From Squalus acanthias (taxonomy: Eukaryota): a stretch of 64,000 nucleotides of DNA. The stretch spans positions 84,384,001 to 84,448,000 of the forward strand of contig CM059432.1 in the NCBI GenBank assembly GCA_030390025.1, read 5' to 3'. The notes beneath the pieces are model-generated. The model did not search any database. It saw only the letters and a program-made list of their open reading frames with translations, and was not told where the DNA came from. Made by a program: the position numbers and the translations under genes. Position 1 is the first letter of the stretch; each line of letters begins with the position of its first letter. Shown here one piece after another: positions 23,982-37,155 of the stretch.

Positions 23982-24423
23982 ATTTTATTTATTATTATTA
24001 TAACTTACTGTGTATTGGTAAAAAGTCATAAAATTTTACAAAAACTTTAGAAGCTACTTGTATCAATTATGTTTTTGTTGAATCAGTGGTACTTAATGTT
24101 TCTCATTGCAGCTGATACTATTGAAACATCACAGAAGTAGTGTTTTATTTAAACATCACTTATCCTTAAATTTTTCTATTCATTTGTGTTCTTTCTTTGA
24201 TTTATAAATTATATTCTTCATCTCACTATAAAATAAAAACTCAAATATTTTATTTGGGGCTTGGTGATACTGAGACGCTCAGTGGTGTCACATGATCGAA
24301 GGCCTTGTGATCAAATGTCACGTGATCAAACCTCCAGGAATACGTCAAACCAAAATTGGCATCCCTATCATTAAGGCGTCTCCTAAATCACCTTCTATAG
24401 CTCGAATCTGCTTATATAGTGGG

Positions 24424-25020
24424 GGTCTGAAATTTCTCAGATCCAAAGGTGGATCCCTAGTGGTAGTGGGGTGTGAGAGACCCAACGAAGTCCAAAATTT
24501 GGGCAGGAATGCCAGATCTCTGAAAACTTTAGCCTTCCAATTTGCACAGGTGGAAGTTCTGCTTACCCAAACATGGCCCCTAATGTCAGAGAGGACAGGC
24601 CTGAGGGGAGGAAATTCCCACACCGAGAATTTCCTCTGCAGTGCTCTCATTACCACACAATCATCTGGACACTAGGTGAGCCCTGCAGATGGGTTGCTTC
24701 ACTTGTGGAAGGAGGATCACCTAGGGGTCTAGGCCTAGGTCCTGGCCTGGACTCACCATAAAAATGTCAGTAGCATGAGTACTATCAGCCCCCTTATAAA
24801 GGAGATCAATTGAGCAGCATTAAATTGTTTTTTAAATGATGGCCAAAGAGCAGCAAGCAGAGCTATTTTGCTTTCTCCAACCACCCCACCACCCCAGCCT
24901 GGTCACTCAAGTGACCCTGGCTTGCCGCAGGATACTCCAGTGGGTCACGAATGTCAGTCACCAGCACCCACTCCACCACTACATCTATGCTGGCAGAGCG
25001 GTGCCGAGGATTTTCGGCCC
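24424..25020. mobile_element. Probable old Harbinger-type MITE
   Basis: GGTCTGAAATTTCTC / GAGGATTTTCGGCCC (11/15 inverted match); no TSD. Confidence 0.4.
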
Positions 25021-26435
25021 CACACTTCACACGTATCAAAATAATTTAACTTCAACATATTAGACTTTTTCTGTCGTTGAAACATCCTCTTTAATTTGCC
25101 TACCCAGAGATAATGCCAATATTTCATGGTTTTTTCTGCTCTCGCTTGAAAATAGCAGTGACTGTTGTTGCAGTAACAAAGAGATAAATATGTTGCAACA
25201 AGCTGAAAATACTGTTTTGTCCATTGGCAGCAAAGATAAATAAATTAAAATAGTGACCTGATTTATTTTATCTGAATTTAGTAATTAAACACCTAGCAAA
25301 CTGGCTTGAACGCCCTACAGAATTATAATTTACATCTTCTTAACTTGTTCTTTAAATTCTGTTTCACATCCTATGATCTCCAACTATGGTGAATAGGAGA
25401 AATAATAATATTCAGCACACTGAGCAGTGTTGCATATGTGGTTAAAAATGTAAGAGTTAGTGAATAGAGGCTGCCTACACCCAATAAATTCTATGGGGAA
25501 CTTTTATGATATCTGTAACTCAGCAGCAGTTAAAAAGAGTATTATAATGTGAACTGAGCAACAAACCTTATTATTAACCAACAGTAAGATAGTTTGTTTT
25601 ATTTATATTTCACTCTGTTGCAATGGCTCTTTCTCCCTCATGGGTTAGCACCTCCACACAATCTTCTTTAGTTAATAGGACATGTCACCTCTGTGATCAG
25701 CAAATAGAATCATCGTCAGAGCCAAGCAATTATACACTTTGGTTCCAAAATTAATGAGTTAGCTTCTTGGAGCCAAATACATTTAATATTTAGGTACAAA
25801 CTATTTAACTATGGGTGGTCTACTATTTCAATGCTTTGCTCACAGTTTTGAATTTGATTAATGTCTTGATGCTAAATGTGATTGGCTATGTATGTTATCA
25901 ATTACAGAATTATTTCATATTCATTAGATACACAAGAAAGTGAAAGGTCTCAAGGTGATCATGAGTCTGTTGACGCCAGCTCTAAACTGGAGGAAGGCTT
26001 GGCTCCAGGAATCATATTGTACTGATGGAGTCAGTCCAAAATGTTGGTTCTTGTAGCCAATACAAATGTAATTTGGCCTCAATTGGTCCCTTGGCTCCAG
26101 TTTGTCTACCTCAGGCGATTCACCACTCCTCTTCAGGTATGAGTGTTACTGTATGTTCAGCCAGCAGGAAACGTGTTTGCCCTAAAGTGATTTGATTTAT
26201 ATTGTTTTTTTCTTTACCTTGAAGCTTGTTGGCAGATTTGACCCACAATAACCCACAATAACTGCTTTTGTAGCAAACAGTTTTAATCCAATGCTGCCAG
26301 CATTTTCCTCTTATTATTGATGTTTCCTGTAAAAATAACGTGATAGCATAAGAGCAGTTTGTAATAATGAATATAACTGAAGAAAAGTTTCAAAATGTTT
26401 GAGATTCTGATATAAACTATTATAATTGTTTTTAA

Positions 26436-26583
26436 GCAAAAGCAAAATACTGCGGATGCTGGAAATCTGAGATAAAAACAGAAAATGGTGGAAATACTCA
26501 GCAGGTCAGGCAGCATCTGTGGAGAGAGAAACAGAGTTAACGTTTCAGGTCGATGACCTTTCACTCTGTTTCTCTCTCCACAG
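26436..26583. mobile_element. Short fold-back element with a partial hammerhead, probably Penelope-derived
   Basis: 14-bp TSD ATAATTGTTTTTAA (26422-26435, 26584-26597); 23-bp inverted arms 26515-26537 / 26563-26585. Confidence 0.8.
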
Positions 26584-28695
26584 ATAATTGTTTTTAAAAT
26601 CTTTTTGTGTATTGTCAGTTGTCAATCACACTGACAATTGGTGTGTGACCGAAATACCTAGTCACCTATTGAATGGCCACTACTGTAATTGACAGCTTGT
26701 CAATATGTATAACCAGTCTAAGAAAGCTAAATTAGAACCAAACTCAAAATCATGAGAACAACCAAAAAATACCTTGTCTTTTTACCAGATGCATATATTC
26801 ACTTATACACACCAGCAATAGTTTAAAATTAGGGGGCACTGAAGATTTAATTTTGATTGATTATCCTTAGAAAGGATTTTTTTTTAAATGAGGATAAAGC
26901 ACTTCACAGCCACCCACACGTGTGCAATAACACTAACTTTCTGATTTTCTTGCAAAAACATTTGGACAGGAAGTAAAACATTTTCCCAGTGGATGAAATA
27001 ACATTCAATTTTACCAATCAAAGCAAAACTGATTTTTGGATTTTATGTGTTTCCAACTGCCCAATCCCTTCAGAAAATAACCTGATTCCTGGAAACATTT
27101 CAAAATGTAAGGGAGTTCACAGCTTCTGGGTACAGGAATGAATATCCTTCTTGCATGTAAACAACCAAACCATTATGTTTCTTACTGAGATAAAGAATAC
27201 AATGATAAGTGAGGACTGTTCACAATACAAAGGGCTTCCTATTGCTAGTGTGGATAATCTTCCACAAAACCTTGCGTGTTTTGGCAAATCACACCAGATT
27301 AATCTATTAGGTATCTCATTTCATTATCAAATTTCCGCTACCTATCACAGTACATGCCTTATCACTTGGTCCATTTTCAATAGTGAACCCATTCCTAAGA
27401 TTTCAGCTGCTAGCCTTCCGTGGATGGAAAACAGGTGTCCCTACTGTTTTCTGTAGTAAAGGTTCCTGCACATAAGCATGGGAAAGGGCAAAAGCAGTGA
27501 CCGCTGTTCTACCTGAAGGAACAGGTAACAGAAAACTGTTGATTTGAGATATATTCACTTTTAACGAATTTTGGCACACTTTAGTTGGAGTCAAATGCTC
27601 TGATTAAATTGAAATTCTTTCTGCGACAAATTCTTCAACCTAACTTCATTCTTGTTTACCGCACTTTTTTATTAATGGCATCAACCAAGGAAGGGGGGGG
27701 GGATGAAGTGGCAAATCTTTTCAAATTATTTTATATGACTCAGCCTTTTTACAAGGATTTTAAACATTTCAGAATAAGGGTTTCATTTTAAATTCTTCAA
27801 ACAACTGCTGAGTTTCCTATTTTAATCTTTTTTGAAGGAAGTTTCTGTGCTTATCTCCACTTCTTGTCTCAAAAATCCAGAGAAGCTGTTATTTTGGACA
27901 GTGAGCATGCTTGTCCTTCATCCACTTACAAAGAAGTTTCATTCTTTGTAAAATTTTCCATTATTCAAAAATTGGCTGCATGCAAGGCACAGTAATAAAA
28001 TGAAGTCATTCAGGAAAGCCACCATGGTGACAACAGGAAGAGTTAGTCTGCTTTCAACTCACAGGTTTGACAGCAGGCACCCTGAAAAGTGGAGATGGGT
28101 CCCTGGTTATGCTTCATGAGTGGGAAGCATTTGATAAGCACATGACTTTTCTTCCGGTACGCCACAGCAAAGCTTTGTTTCATTTACAGATGATTAAATG
28201 GTCTGGAGGGCAATTATGAGCTGGAGGAAGGAACAGCTACTCTCTACAGGTTTCCTCAATCAACGTGATTGAATTTCTTAAAGAACAGGAGAACCACAAT
28301 GCATTCAACTTCAAAGTTTTCTACATAATTAAGCATATATAAAACTGGAAATCCATTTTTATCCATATTACTGTAATATAACTGTATAAAATTTTGCAAA
28401 TATGGAACTGCAGACATATCCAACAAATACCCTAGCTGTTTAAGATTTTTTAGCTTTTCATGTTAAAGCATTGCTTATCTCGAGTTTTTACATTTAACAA
28501 CCTTATTAAGTAGAAAGTGAACTTATGGCACGATTTAATCTCAGAAAATGTGCACATAGTTTAACAATTTTAGCTTAAAAGGGGTGGGGGGGGGTCAAGA
28601 AGATCCACAATTACAATTAAATCCTTAACCTGCCAAATAGAATTCCATATGTCAAACTAGAACAATAAAGTTCACAATTAATATTTTGAGTTAAG

Positions 28696-30066
28696 GGCCC
28701 CAATAATAACTGCAAGGCGGGAAGTGATCGGTGTGAGGGGGGAGGGAAGAGGAGGAGATATATTAGCCGGCAAACCCAGAGCATGGGTTTCTCAGAGGTC
28801 TTGTCGAATTTAACAGCAGGACCTGATATAAATTTTTCGTATCGGTTTCCTGGCTGCAGTCAGACAGTTTGAGAGGCTGGCTGGCTGTCTGGTGGGTAGG
28901 CTGCTGGGGAGCAGACCGGAGGTGAGTTGCACATGGAGGGGAGAGGTTGGGGGTGGGGGGAGTTGAACATCGGAGGTCGGGAATCAGGGGTCCAATTGCG
29001 GGGGTGGGGTGTTGGCCGAGGGTCAAAGCAACCTGCTGCGAGGGGTCGGATTACAGGGTGGTATACAGGGTAGCTTGGGGGTGCCAGGGGGAAGTACTCC
29101 TGCTTCAGGAAACCCGTGCTGGAGAGACGTTGGGGGAAAAATGTTGTTGCTTTGCGCAAAGCAACTAGCACCCGGGCGTGGCGCCGCCAACGCCTCCCGC
29201 AAAATTCAGCAGGAGGTTAGCGGCGGCACTAACCGTTAGCGCCCCGTGGCGCTGCGCCGCCAGTAATGACGTCATCACCGTGCGCAGCACCCCGCTTGCG
29301 CCCTGGCCACGATCTTCGGGAGCACCCCTGACTTACCGCTGGACGCTATATCCGACTGGGTCGGGGGGGCCTACCTGCGGCCAGGGAGGCGCGATTTAAA
29401 GGCCAGGTGCGGGGCGGCCATTTTTGTTACTGGCCGCCTGCCAGCACCTGCCTCCGCTCCCGTCCCCGGCCTCCTTACCTGCCCCCCCCCCTGGCCCCCG
29501 TGGAGTGCCGACTGCGCTCCATGAGCCTGGCACTTCTCTTGAGTGCCAAGCTTTTTTGCCGGCACTCCCAATCCCCGGGGGCCCAGCTGGGGAGGAAGGC
29601 CTGCAATACAGCGGCGCGACATAGCGCCGCGATATTCCCTCGCAGCGCCCCAAGAGGGCAGCGGGGCACTTCCAGTAGTGCTCCACTACCCTCTTGGGAT
29701 GCTACCACTCAATTTCTGTCGCGGGGGCGCTAATTTTTCCGGGGCGCTAAAGGTAGCGCACCGGCGAAGTTAGTGCACCAAAGAGGACACTACTCAATTT
29801 TTAGCCCGTTAAATTTAAAGGTCAGTGAAATTCAATTTAAAAAGACCTAATTAACGTCTCATAAGGATGTTAATTGCTGTGATAACTACCCGCCCGCCTG
29901 TACTAATTAAGGTCCCAACTGCGGTGAGTAGTTTACTCGTAGATATAAACGTGCATCCAGAAGTGGATGCATTGGAGCCGGGTTGCAGTCGTGAACTAAA
30001 ACTCATTTATTTTAACTACCCACCTGTCTCCAACCCACCTGTTCTTGGGGGTTAAAATTCCCCCCC
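28696..30066. mobile_element. Harbinger-type MITE hosting a second MITE
   Basis: GGCCCCAATAATAAC / GTTAAAATTCCCCCCC, flanks AAG/AAG; internal similarity to 55496-56090. Confidence 0.55.
29132..29807. mobile_element. GC/CpG-rich Harbinger MITE
   Basis: GGGGGAAAAAT / ATTTTTAGCCC, TSD GTT/GTT; many GGCGC/AGCGCC motifs. Confidence 0.8.
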
Positions 30067-31544
30067 AAGATGTCAGTTTAAACTTAAAAAATATAAAATA
30101 TGACCACAATAAAAGTTTTATGAACCTTCTACCTAATTGTTTCAGAGAAAGCCTAATCGAGTTAAAAAATCCTGTAAATTGCTTAGCTATTTAAGTAATG
30201 GTTTTAGTGTTGTTCTTTTTACAATGATTCAACTGGCATATTTAAGGAAAAAGCACACACCAAACTATTAGTCTGTCAGAAAATACAGAGCTCCTTAGTT
30301 CTAGAAATATGCGATGCAATTCAGATGTAAAGTCACATTTTGTAAAGTGTTGATTATGGGCCATATTAAACTCCAAAGAGATTGTTTGTGCAGTTTGTTC
30401 TAAGTTATTTAAATCATATAATATGGAAGCTCAGAACAATTGGTTTGTAAATCTCATAATAGCTAACCATTTAACACTGCACGAATAGTAAAGAACACAC
30501 TAAACCATAATTAAAGAGAACTATCCCTTGCTCCTCTAGGATTAATTTTCACTGACCCTGAATTCAGTATTTGCTTAACACGAGCAGCAGGTTGCTTTGA
30601 TGTTATCTACTTATACAAACAATAATGTGAAGTTCTCTCTCCAGCTGAACCAGTGCTGAATCTACTGAGAATTAACTGTATTAATCATTTTGAAGTCCAA
30701 CAACGAGCACTCATAAACCATATGTACAAACTATATTAAACAACACAACAAACATTCTAAATGGATTCATCATCGATCTTTTATTGACCACATGAAATAA
30801 CTAAAAATAGTATGTTTGTCTGTTAATTGTACTGCTAAAGTTTGATTACAGAAAATAGAGAAATAAGTTTTATTTAGAAGAAATGTGGCTTTTCAAATTG
30901 TATCTTCTCAAAAACTCTTAAATCTATTGCCCTGTCTTTGCTGCACTGTTACCTTCAAGTGAGCAACTGCAAAACTGCAAAAACAATATCATTATTTAAT
31001 TATTATTCTTATAGCCACTTATTTGATGAAAGAGTTATATTTGTCACATACTTGATAATTTATTTATTTCTTTTGACAGAAGACGAGACGAAAGGACCTT
31101 AAGTTCAACTTAAATAGTTTGTGATCAGTAATGCATTGTTGGAAGAATTGGCTGCTTTATTTCGGGAATTTATTTGCAACTTTGGTTTGTTAAGTTTTGC
31201 ACTTTTTAGGTCTTCACTGTTGTAACCAGCCATTATGCTTCCACCTTCAGCTGCGAGGCAATGGTTGCTTGGTTGGCAGCCACATCCACAACCACCAACA
31301 ATGACACTCCCTGTGGCAGAAGATTTTCTTTTCCGTGGTGTAACTGGTCCTATCAGTTTTTCTTGCTTCTGAATTGGTGTGCTCTGTTGCTCTGATACAC
31401 CCAACTAATGGCCTAGCCAAGCACTGGGAGTACTTATGACTAGTTTATCTGAGTATATATTGAGATGATCATGATAACAGGACACAATAGCTCCTCAACT
31501 GCTGGGACTGGTGGGTTTCTGTGGAGGTCAGCAGGCCACAGTTA

Positions 31545-31623
31545 AATAAGGGTGATGGCACGGACAAGATGGGCTGAATGGCCTCTTCTGTGCTGTAAAT
31601 TTCTATGATTCTATGATTCTATG
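31545..31623 (+). mobile_element. CR1 3' tail fragment
   Basis: GATGGGCTGAATGGCCTCTTCTGTGCTGTAAA followed by (TTCTATGA)3. Confidence 0.8.
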
Positions 31624-32145
31624 AATCAATATTCTGGAGTTTTACTTAATCACCTTTGAGGATCAGGAGATATTTAGGCAGAAATTTCCTGCAGGTTAGA
31701 TATTGACTTCCTTTCAAACATGTGAGACAGACACAATTATAGGGGTAAATTGTACACTGTTTGTGAAATGAGTGGGCTTGATGCCCCAAATGGCCTTTGT
31801 GTGTTTTTTAATTGTGAATGGGGTTATTTTGGAGAAAGAGTGAAAACTGGCGCTAAGTGGGTGATGTGCTAATAAGACACGCCTGTTTGAAAGTCTGGTT
31901 TCAGCCTGCAATTTTGGGGCTAACTGATTATTACCATGATTTAAACGTGCTTAGAGGTGCTAAAACAGATACCTGCATGTTTAGCACTCAAGCGCTGATG
32001 AGAAGCAATTTTCCTGGAGCGGTATACGTGGCCTCCATGCACCCACTTCCACTGAAGGTATGGAGTGTGCTGGCTAACACACAATGGAACGTTTCAGGGT
32101 GGCTCAGAGACTGAGGGAGAAGGCTCACAGGTTCTTGGGCACGGA

Positions 32146-35100
32146 ACCCTGTAGGAATTGGTTCTTACTCTACACTCAGGAAAGAGTCCGAGAGCAGGAG
32201 CAGTCAAACAACAACAACCACTGCAAAACTGCTAAAGTGACATCACAACCAGGAAGGAGCTGATTGGTAAGTAGGACGTGGTGAGTATTTCTACAGTCCA
32301 GTCGTTAAAGTAAAAGTAAGGTCTCTAGTTTAGAGTAAGTAGTGTGTAAAGTGAAGTAAGGTCCCTAGTGTATTTAATATTCTTTAATTTAGAGGAAGTA
32401 AAGGGAGTAAATTAAGGGAAGGACATGGCAGGACAGCTCGGCAGCGTGGAGTGCTCCTCCTGTGCTATGTGGGACACTTTTGGTGTCCAGGGCGAACACA
32501 TGTGCAGGAAGTGTCTCCAGCTGCAGCTACTCGAAATCCGCATTTCGGATCTGGAGCTGCGGCTGGAGTCACTGTGGAGCATCCGCGAGGCTGAGATCTA
32601 CATGGATAGCGCGTTTAACGAGGAGGTGGTCACACCGCAGGTAAAGAGTGCACAGGCAGAAAGGGAATGGGTGACCGCCAGACAGAGTAAAAGAACTAAG
32701 AAGATAGTGCAGGAGTCCCCTGGGTCCATTTCCCTCTCCAACAGATTTTCCGTTTTGGATACTGCTGGGGGAGATGGTTTCTCAGGGGAATGCAGGAAGA
32801 GCCAAATCCGTGGCACTATGAGTGGCTCAGCTGCACAGGAGGGGAGGAAAAAGAGTGGGAGAGCAATAGTGATAGGGGATTCTATCGTAAGGAGAACAGA
32901 TAGACATTTCTGTGGCTGCAGACGTGACTCCAGGATGGTATGTTGCCTCCCTGGTGCCAGGGTCAAGGATGTCACTGAGCGGCTGCAGGGCATTCTGAAG
33001 GGGGAGGGTGAACAGCCAGAGTTCATGGTCCATATCGGTACCAACGACATAGGTAGAAAGAGGGACGAGCTCCTGCAAGCAGAATATAGGGAGCTAGGAA
33101 ATAAATTAAAAAGCAGGACCTCAAAGGTAGTAATCTCAGGATTATTCCCAGTGCCACGTGCTAGCGAGAGCAGAAATAGGAGAATAGACCAGATGAATGC
33201 GTGGCTGGAGTGATGGTGTAGGAGGGAAGGATTTAAATTCCTGAGGCATTCGGACCAATTCTGGGGAAGGTGGGACCTGTACACGCTGGACGGGTTACAC
33301 CTCGGCAGAACCAGGACCAATATCCTCACAGGGGGGTTTGCTAATGCTGTTGGGAAGGATTGAAACTAGGTTGTCAGGGGGCTGGGAACCTAAGTGTGGG
33401 CCCAGAATGGAGAGAAACAAAGCTGGAAGTGCAAGTTAGAAACGTAGTCAGCAAAGCTAGTAGGGAGCAGAAACAAAGGCCAACAGTAAAGAGGGTCAAA
33501 GTGCAGAAAAATATTCAACAGGCAAAGTTGAAGGCACTTTATCTAAATGCACATAGCATTCGCAACACGGTGGATGAATTAATGGCACTAATAGAAGTAA
33601 ATGGGTATGATGTAATTGCCATTACAGAGACATGGTTGCAGGGTAACCAAAGCTGGGAACTGAATGTTCCAGGGTACTCAACATTTAGGAAGGACAGACA
33701 AAAAGGAAAAGGAGGTGGCATAGCGCTATTAATAAGGGATGAGATCGGTATGATAGAGATAAAAGATCCTGGCTCGGCAGATTGTGATGTAGAACTGGAA
33801 TCAGTTTGGGTGGAGCTAAGAAACAGCAAAGGGCGGGAAACATTGGTGGGAGTTGTGTATAGGCCACCAAACAGTAGTGGTAATGTAGGGCACAGTATCA
33901 ATCAAGAAATTAGAAGTGCATGTAACAAGGGCAATACGGTAATCATGGGGGACTTTAATCTACATATTGACTGGGCAAATCAAATTACCACTAATGGTGT
34001 GGAGGACGAATTCTTGGAATGCATGCGAGATGGTTTCCTGGATCAGTCTGTGGAGGAACCAACCAGGGAACAGGCTATTCTGGATCTGGTACTGTGTAAT
34101 GAGAAAGGTCTAATCAATAATCTTGTGGTAAAGAGGCCTTTAGGGACAAGTGACCATAATATGATTGAATTTTACATTAAGTTTGAGAGTGATGTAGCCC
34201 AATCTGAAACTAAGGTCTTCAATCTAAACAGAGGAAACTACAAGGGTATGAGGGACAAGTTGGCCATGGTAGATTGGGAGACTACACTAAAAGGTATGAA
34301 GGTGGACATACAATGGCTAACATTCAAGGAAATAATGCATAATTTGCAACAAACATATATTCCTCTAGGGCACAAAAACCCAAAAGGAAAAGTGATCCAA
34401 CCATGGCTAACAAAAGAAATTAAAGCTAGTATTAAGTCAAAGGAGGAAGCTTATAAAGTTGCCAGAAAAAGCGGTCAGCCTGAGGATTGGGATCTTTTTA
34501 GAAATCAGCAAAGGGGGACCAAGAAATTGATAAAGGGAAAATGGAATATGAGCACAAGCTAGCGAAAAATATAAAAACGGATTTTAAAAGCTTCTTATAG
34601 GTATGTGAAAAGGAAAAGACTGGTGAAGGTAAATGTAGGTCCTTTACAGTCAGAGACGGGAGAATTTATAATAGGGAATGAGGAAATGGCAGAGAAATTA
34701 AATAAATACTTTGTTTGTGTCTTCACGGAGGAAGACACAAAAAACCTCCCAAAAATACGAGAAAACCAAGGGTGTGGCGAGAATGAGGAACTTTAAGAAA
34801 TTATTATTAGTTAAAAAACAGTACTAGCAAAATTAATGGGACTAGAAGTCGATAAATCCCAAGGACCGGATGACCTACATCCTGGGGCTTTGAAATATTT
34901 TTATTCAAATACAATAATACCTGTACAACTCATCAATTACATAGTAAATCCATTACATAGTAAATCCATTACATTCATCCATCACAGTAAAAAAATAAAG
35001 CCTTAAAAACAGCCGTATAATTAATATAAATGCAATGATTACTTTTACAAATAATCAATAATGTTTACAGTACAAATACCCTTAAGCAATTCCACACAAC

Positions 35101-37155
35101 TTTTTAGATTTAAAATAATAAATCTCAAAGTTAACTCCACATAAAACAAACCATTTCAACACCAGTGTACAAACACATAGCACCATCATAATCCAATTAA
35201 ATGCTACAGATAACATTTATTCCAATAAACCAAGAAAACCTGTTTTACGCCAGTCCTACTGGCATTGTTCATTCGATCATTCATTCAATTGTTCGTTCGT
35301 TCATTCAAGCGTTCGTTCATTCGTAAGCGTAAGTTCCATTATGTATGTCTGAATGCGTGCGTGCGTATCAGTTGTCTAAGTGCGCGCCTGCGTGCGTTCA
35401 CTCGAATCGTTCGTCTGATCGTTCGCCACGCGATCATTCGTTCGATCGAGTGTAAGTTCCAATGTGCATGCTTGCGTTCGCTTGAATCGTTCGTTCGACC
35501 ACTACCTCCCAAGAGGTCGTTCATTCGATCGAGTGTAAGTTCCATTATGTATGTCTGAATGCGTGCGTGTGTAGCATAGTCTAAGTGCGCGCCTGCGTGC
35601 GTTTGCTCGAATCGTTCGCCTGGGGCTTTGAAAGAGGTAGCCATTGAGATAGTGGATGCATTGGTTGTCATCTTCCAAAATTCTATAGATTCTGGAACAG
35701 TTCCTACAGATTGGAGGATAGCAAATGTAACCCTGCTATTAAAGAAAGGAGGGAGAGAGAAAACGGGGAACTACAGACCTGTTAGCCTCACATCAGTAGT
35801 TGGGAAAATGCTGGAATCTATTATAAAGGATGCAATAACTGGGCACCTAAAAACTAGTAGTAAGATTGGGCAGAGTCAACATGGATTTATGAAAGGCAAA
35901 TCCTGTTTGACAAACCTATTGGAGTTCTTTGAGGATGTAACTAGTGGAGTAGACAAAGGGGAATCGGTAGATGTGGTGTATCTGGATTTTCAGAAGGCCT
36001 TCAATAAGGTCCCACACAAGAGGTTGGTGAACAAAATGAGGGCACATGGAATTGGGGGTAATATACTAGCATGGATTGAGAATTGGTTAACAGACAGAAA
36101 ACAAAGAGTAGGGATAAACGAGTCTTTTTCAGGATGGCAGGCTGTGACTAGTGGGGTACCGCAAGGATCGGGCTTGGGCCCCAGCTATTCACAATCTATA
36201 TCAATGATTTGGATGAGGGGACTAAATGTAACATTTCCAAATTTGCTGATGATACAAAGCTAGGTGGCAGTGTCAGTTGTGAAGAGGATGTGAAGAGGCT
36301 TCAAGGGGATATCGACAGGCTCAGTGAGTAGGCAAGAACATGGCGGATGGAATATAATGTGGATAAATGTGTAGAAAAAACAGAAAGGCAGAGTATTTCC
36401 TAATTGGTGAAAGATTAGGGAATGCAGATGCTCAAAGGGACCTGGGTGTCCTTGTACATGAGTCACTGAAAGTGAATGTGCAGGTGCAGCAAGCCATTAG
36501 GAAGGCAAATGGTATGCTGGCCTTCATTACAAGAGGATTTGAGTACAGGAGTAAAGAAGTCTTGCTCCAATTATATCGGGCCTTGGTGAGACCACACCTG
36601 GAGTACTGTGTACAATTTTGGTCTCCTTACCTAAGGAAGGATATACTTGCCATAGAGGGAGTGCAACGAAGGTTCACGAGATTGATTCCTGGGATGGCGG
36701 GACTGTTGTATGAGAAGAGATTGAGTAAACTAGGCCTTTATTCTCTTGAATTCAGAAGAATGAGAAGGGATCTCATTGAAGCATACAAAATTATTACAGG
36801 GCTTGATAGGGTGGATGCTGGGAGAATGTTTCCCTTGGCTGGGGAGTCTAGAACCAGGGGCACAGCCTCAGGATAAAGGGTAGGCCATTCAGGATTGAGA
36901 TGAGAAGAAATTTCTTCACACAGAGGGTGGTGAATCTTTGGAATTCTCTACCCCAGAGGGCTGTGGAGACTCAGTCATTGGGTATATTCAAAACAGAAGT
37001 CGATAGATTTCTGACTAGTAAAGGCATCAAGGGATATGGCGATAGGGCCAGTGAATGGAGTTGAGGCAGAAGATCAGCCATGATCTCATTGAATGGCGGA
37101 GCAGGCTCGAAGGGCTGAACAGCCTACTCCTGCTCCTATTTCTTATGTTCTTATG
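32146..37155 (+). mobile_element. Near full-length CR1 LINE (ORF1 with premature stop at 33213; ORF2 frameshifted and interrupted)
   Basis: ORF1 32425 onward (GDS, GTND, DGLH); APE 33360-34562; RT 35628-36876 (NYRPVSLTS, LDFQKAF, GVPQGS); tail TTCTTATG. Confidence 0.95.
34896..35618 (-). mobile_element. Unclassified 723-bp insertion in CR1 ORF2, probably a retroposed 3' UTR fragment
   Basis: 15-bp TSD CCTGGGGCTTTGAAA (34881-34895, 35619-35633); minus-strand AATAAA near the left end; CpG-rich internal repeats. Confidence 0.8.

Larger units (their letters stand above)
14286..24367. mobile_element. Non-autonomous hAT-like element expanded to ~10 kb by nested insertions
   Basis: Ends TAGCATTCCCAA / TTGGCATCCCTA (8/12 inverted match), 8-bp flanks TCATTACG / TCATTAAG (7/8). 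Confidence 0.55.

Noticed and set aside
27457..27524. Plus-strand exon-like segment (TTTTCTGTAG...CAG/GTAAC)
   Set aside because: Stops in all three frames; cannot be supported without RNA data.
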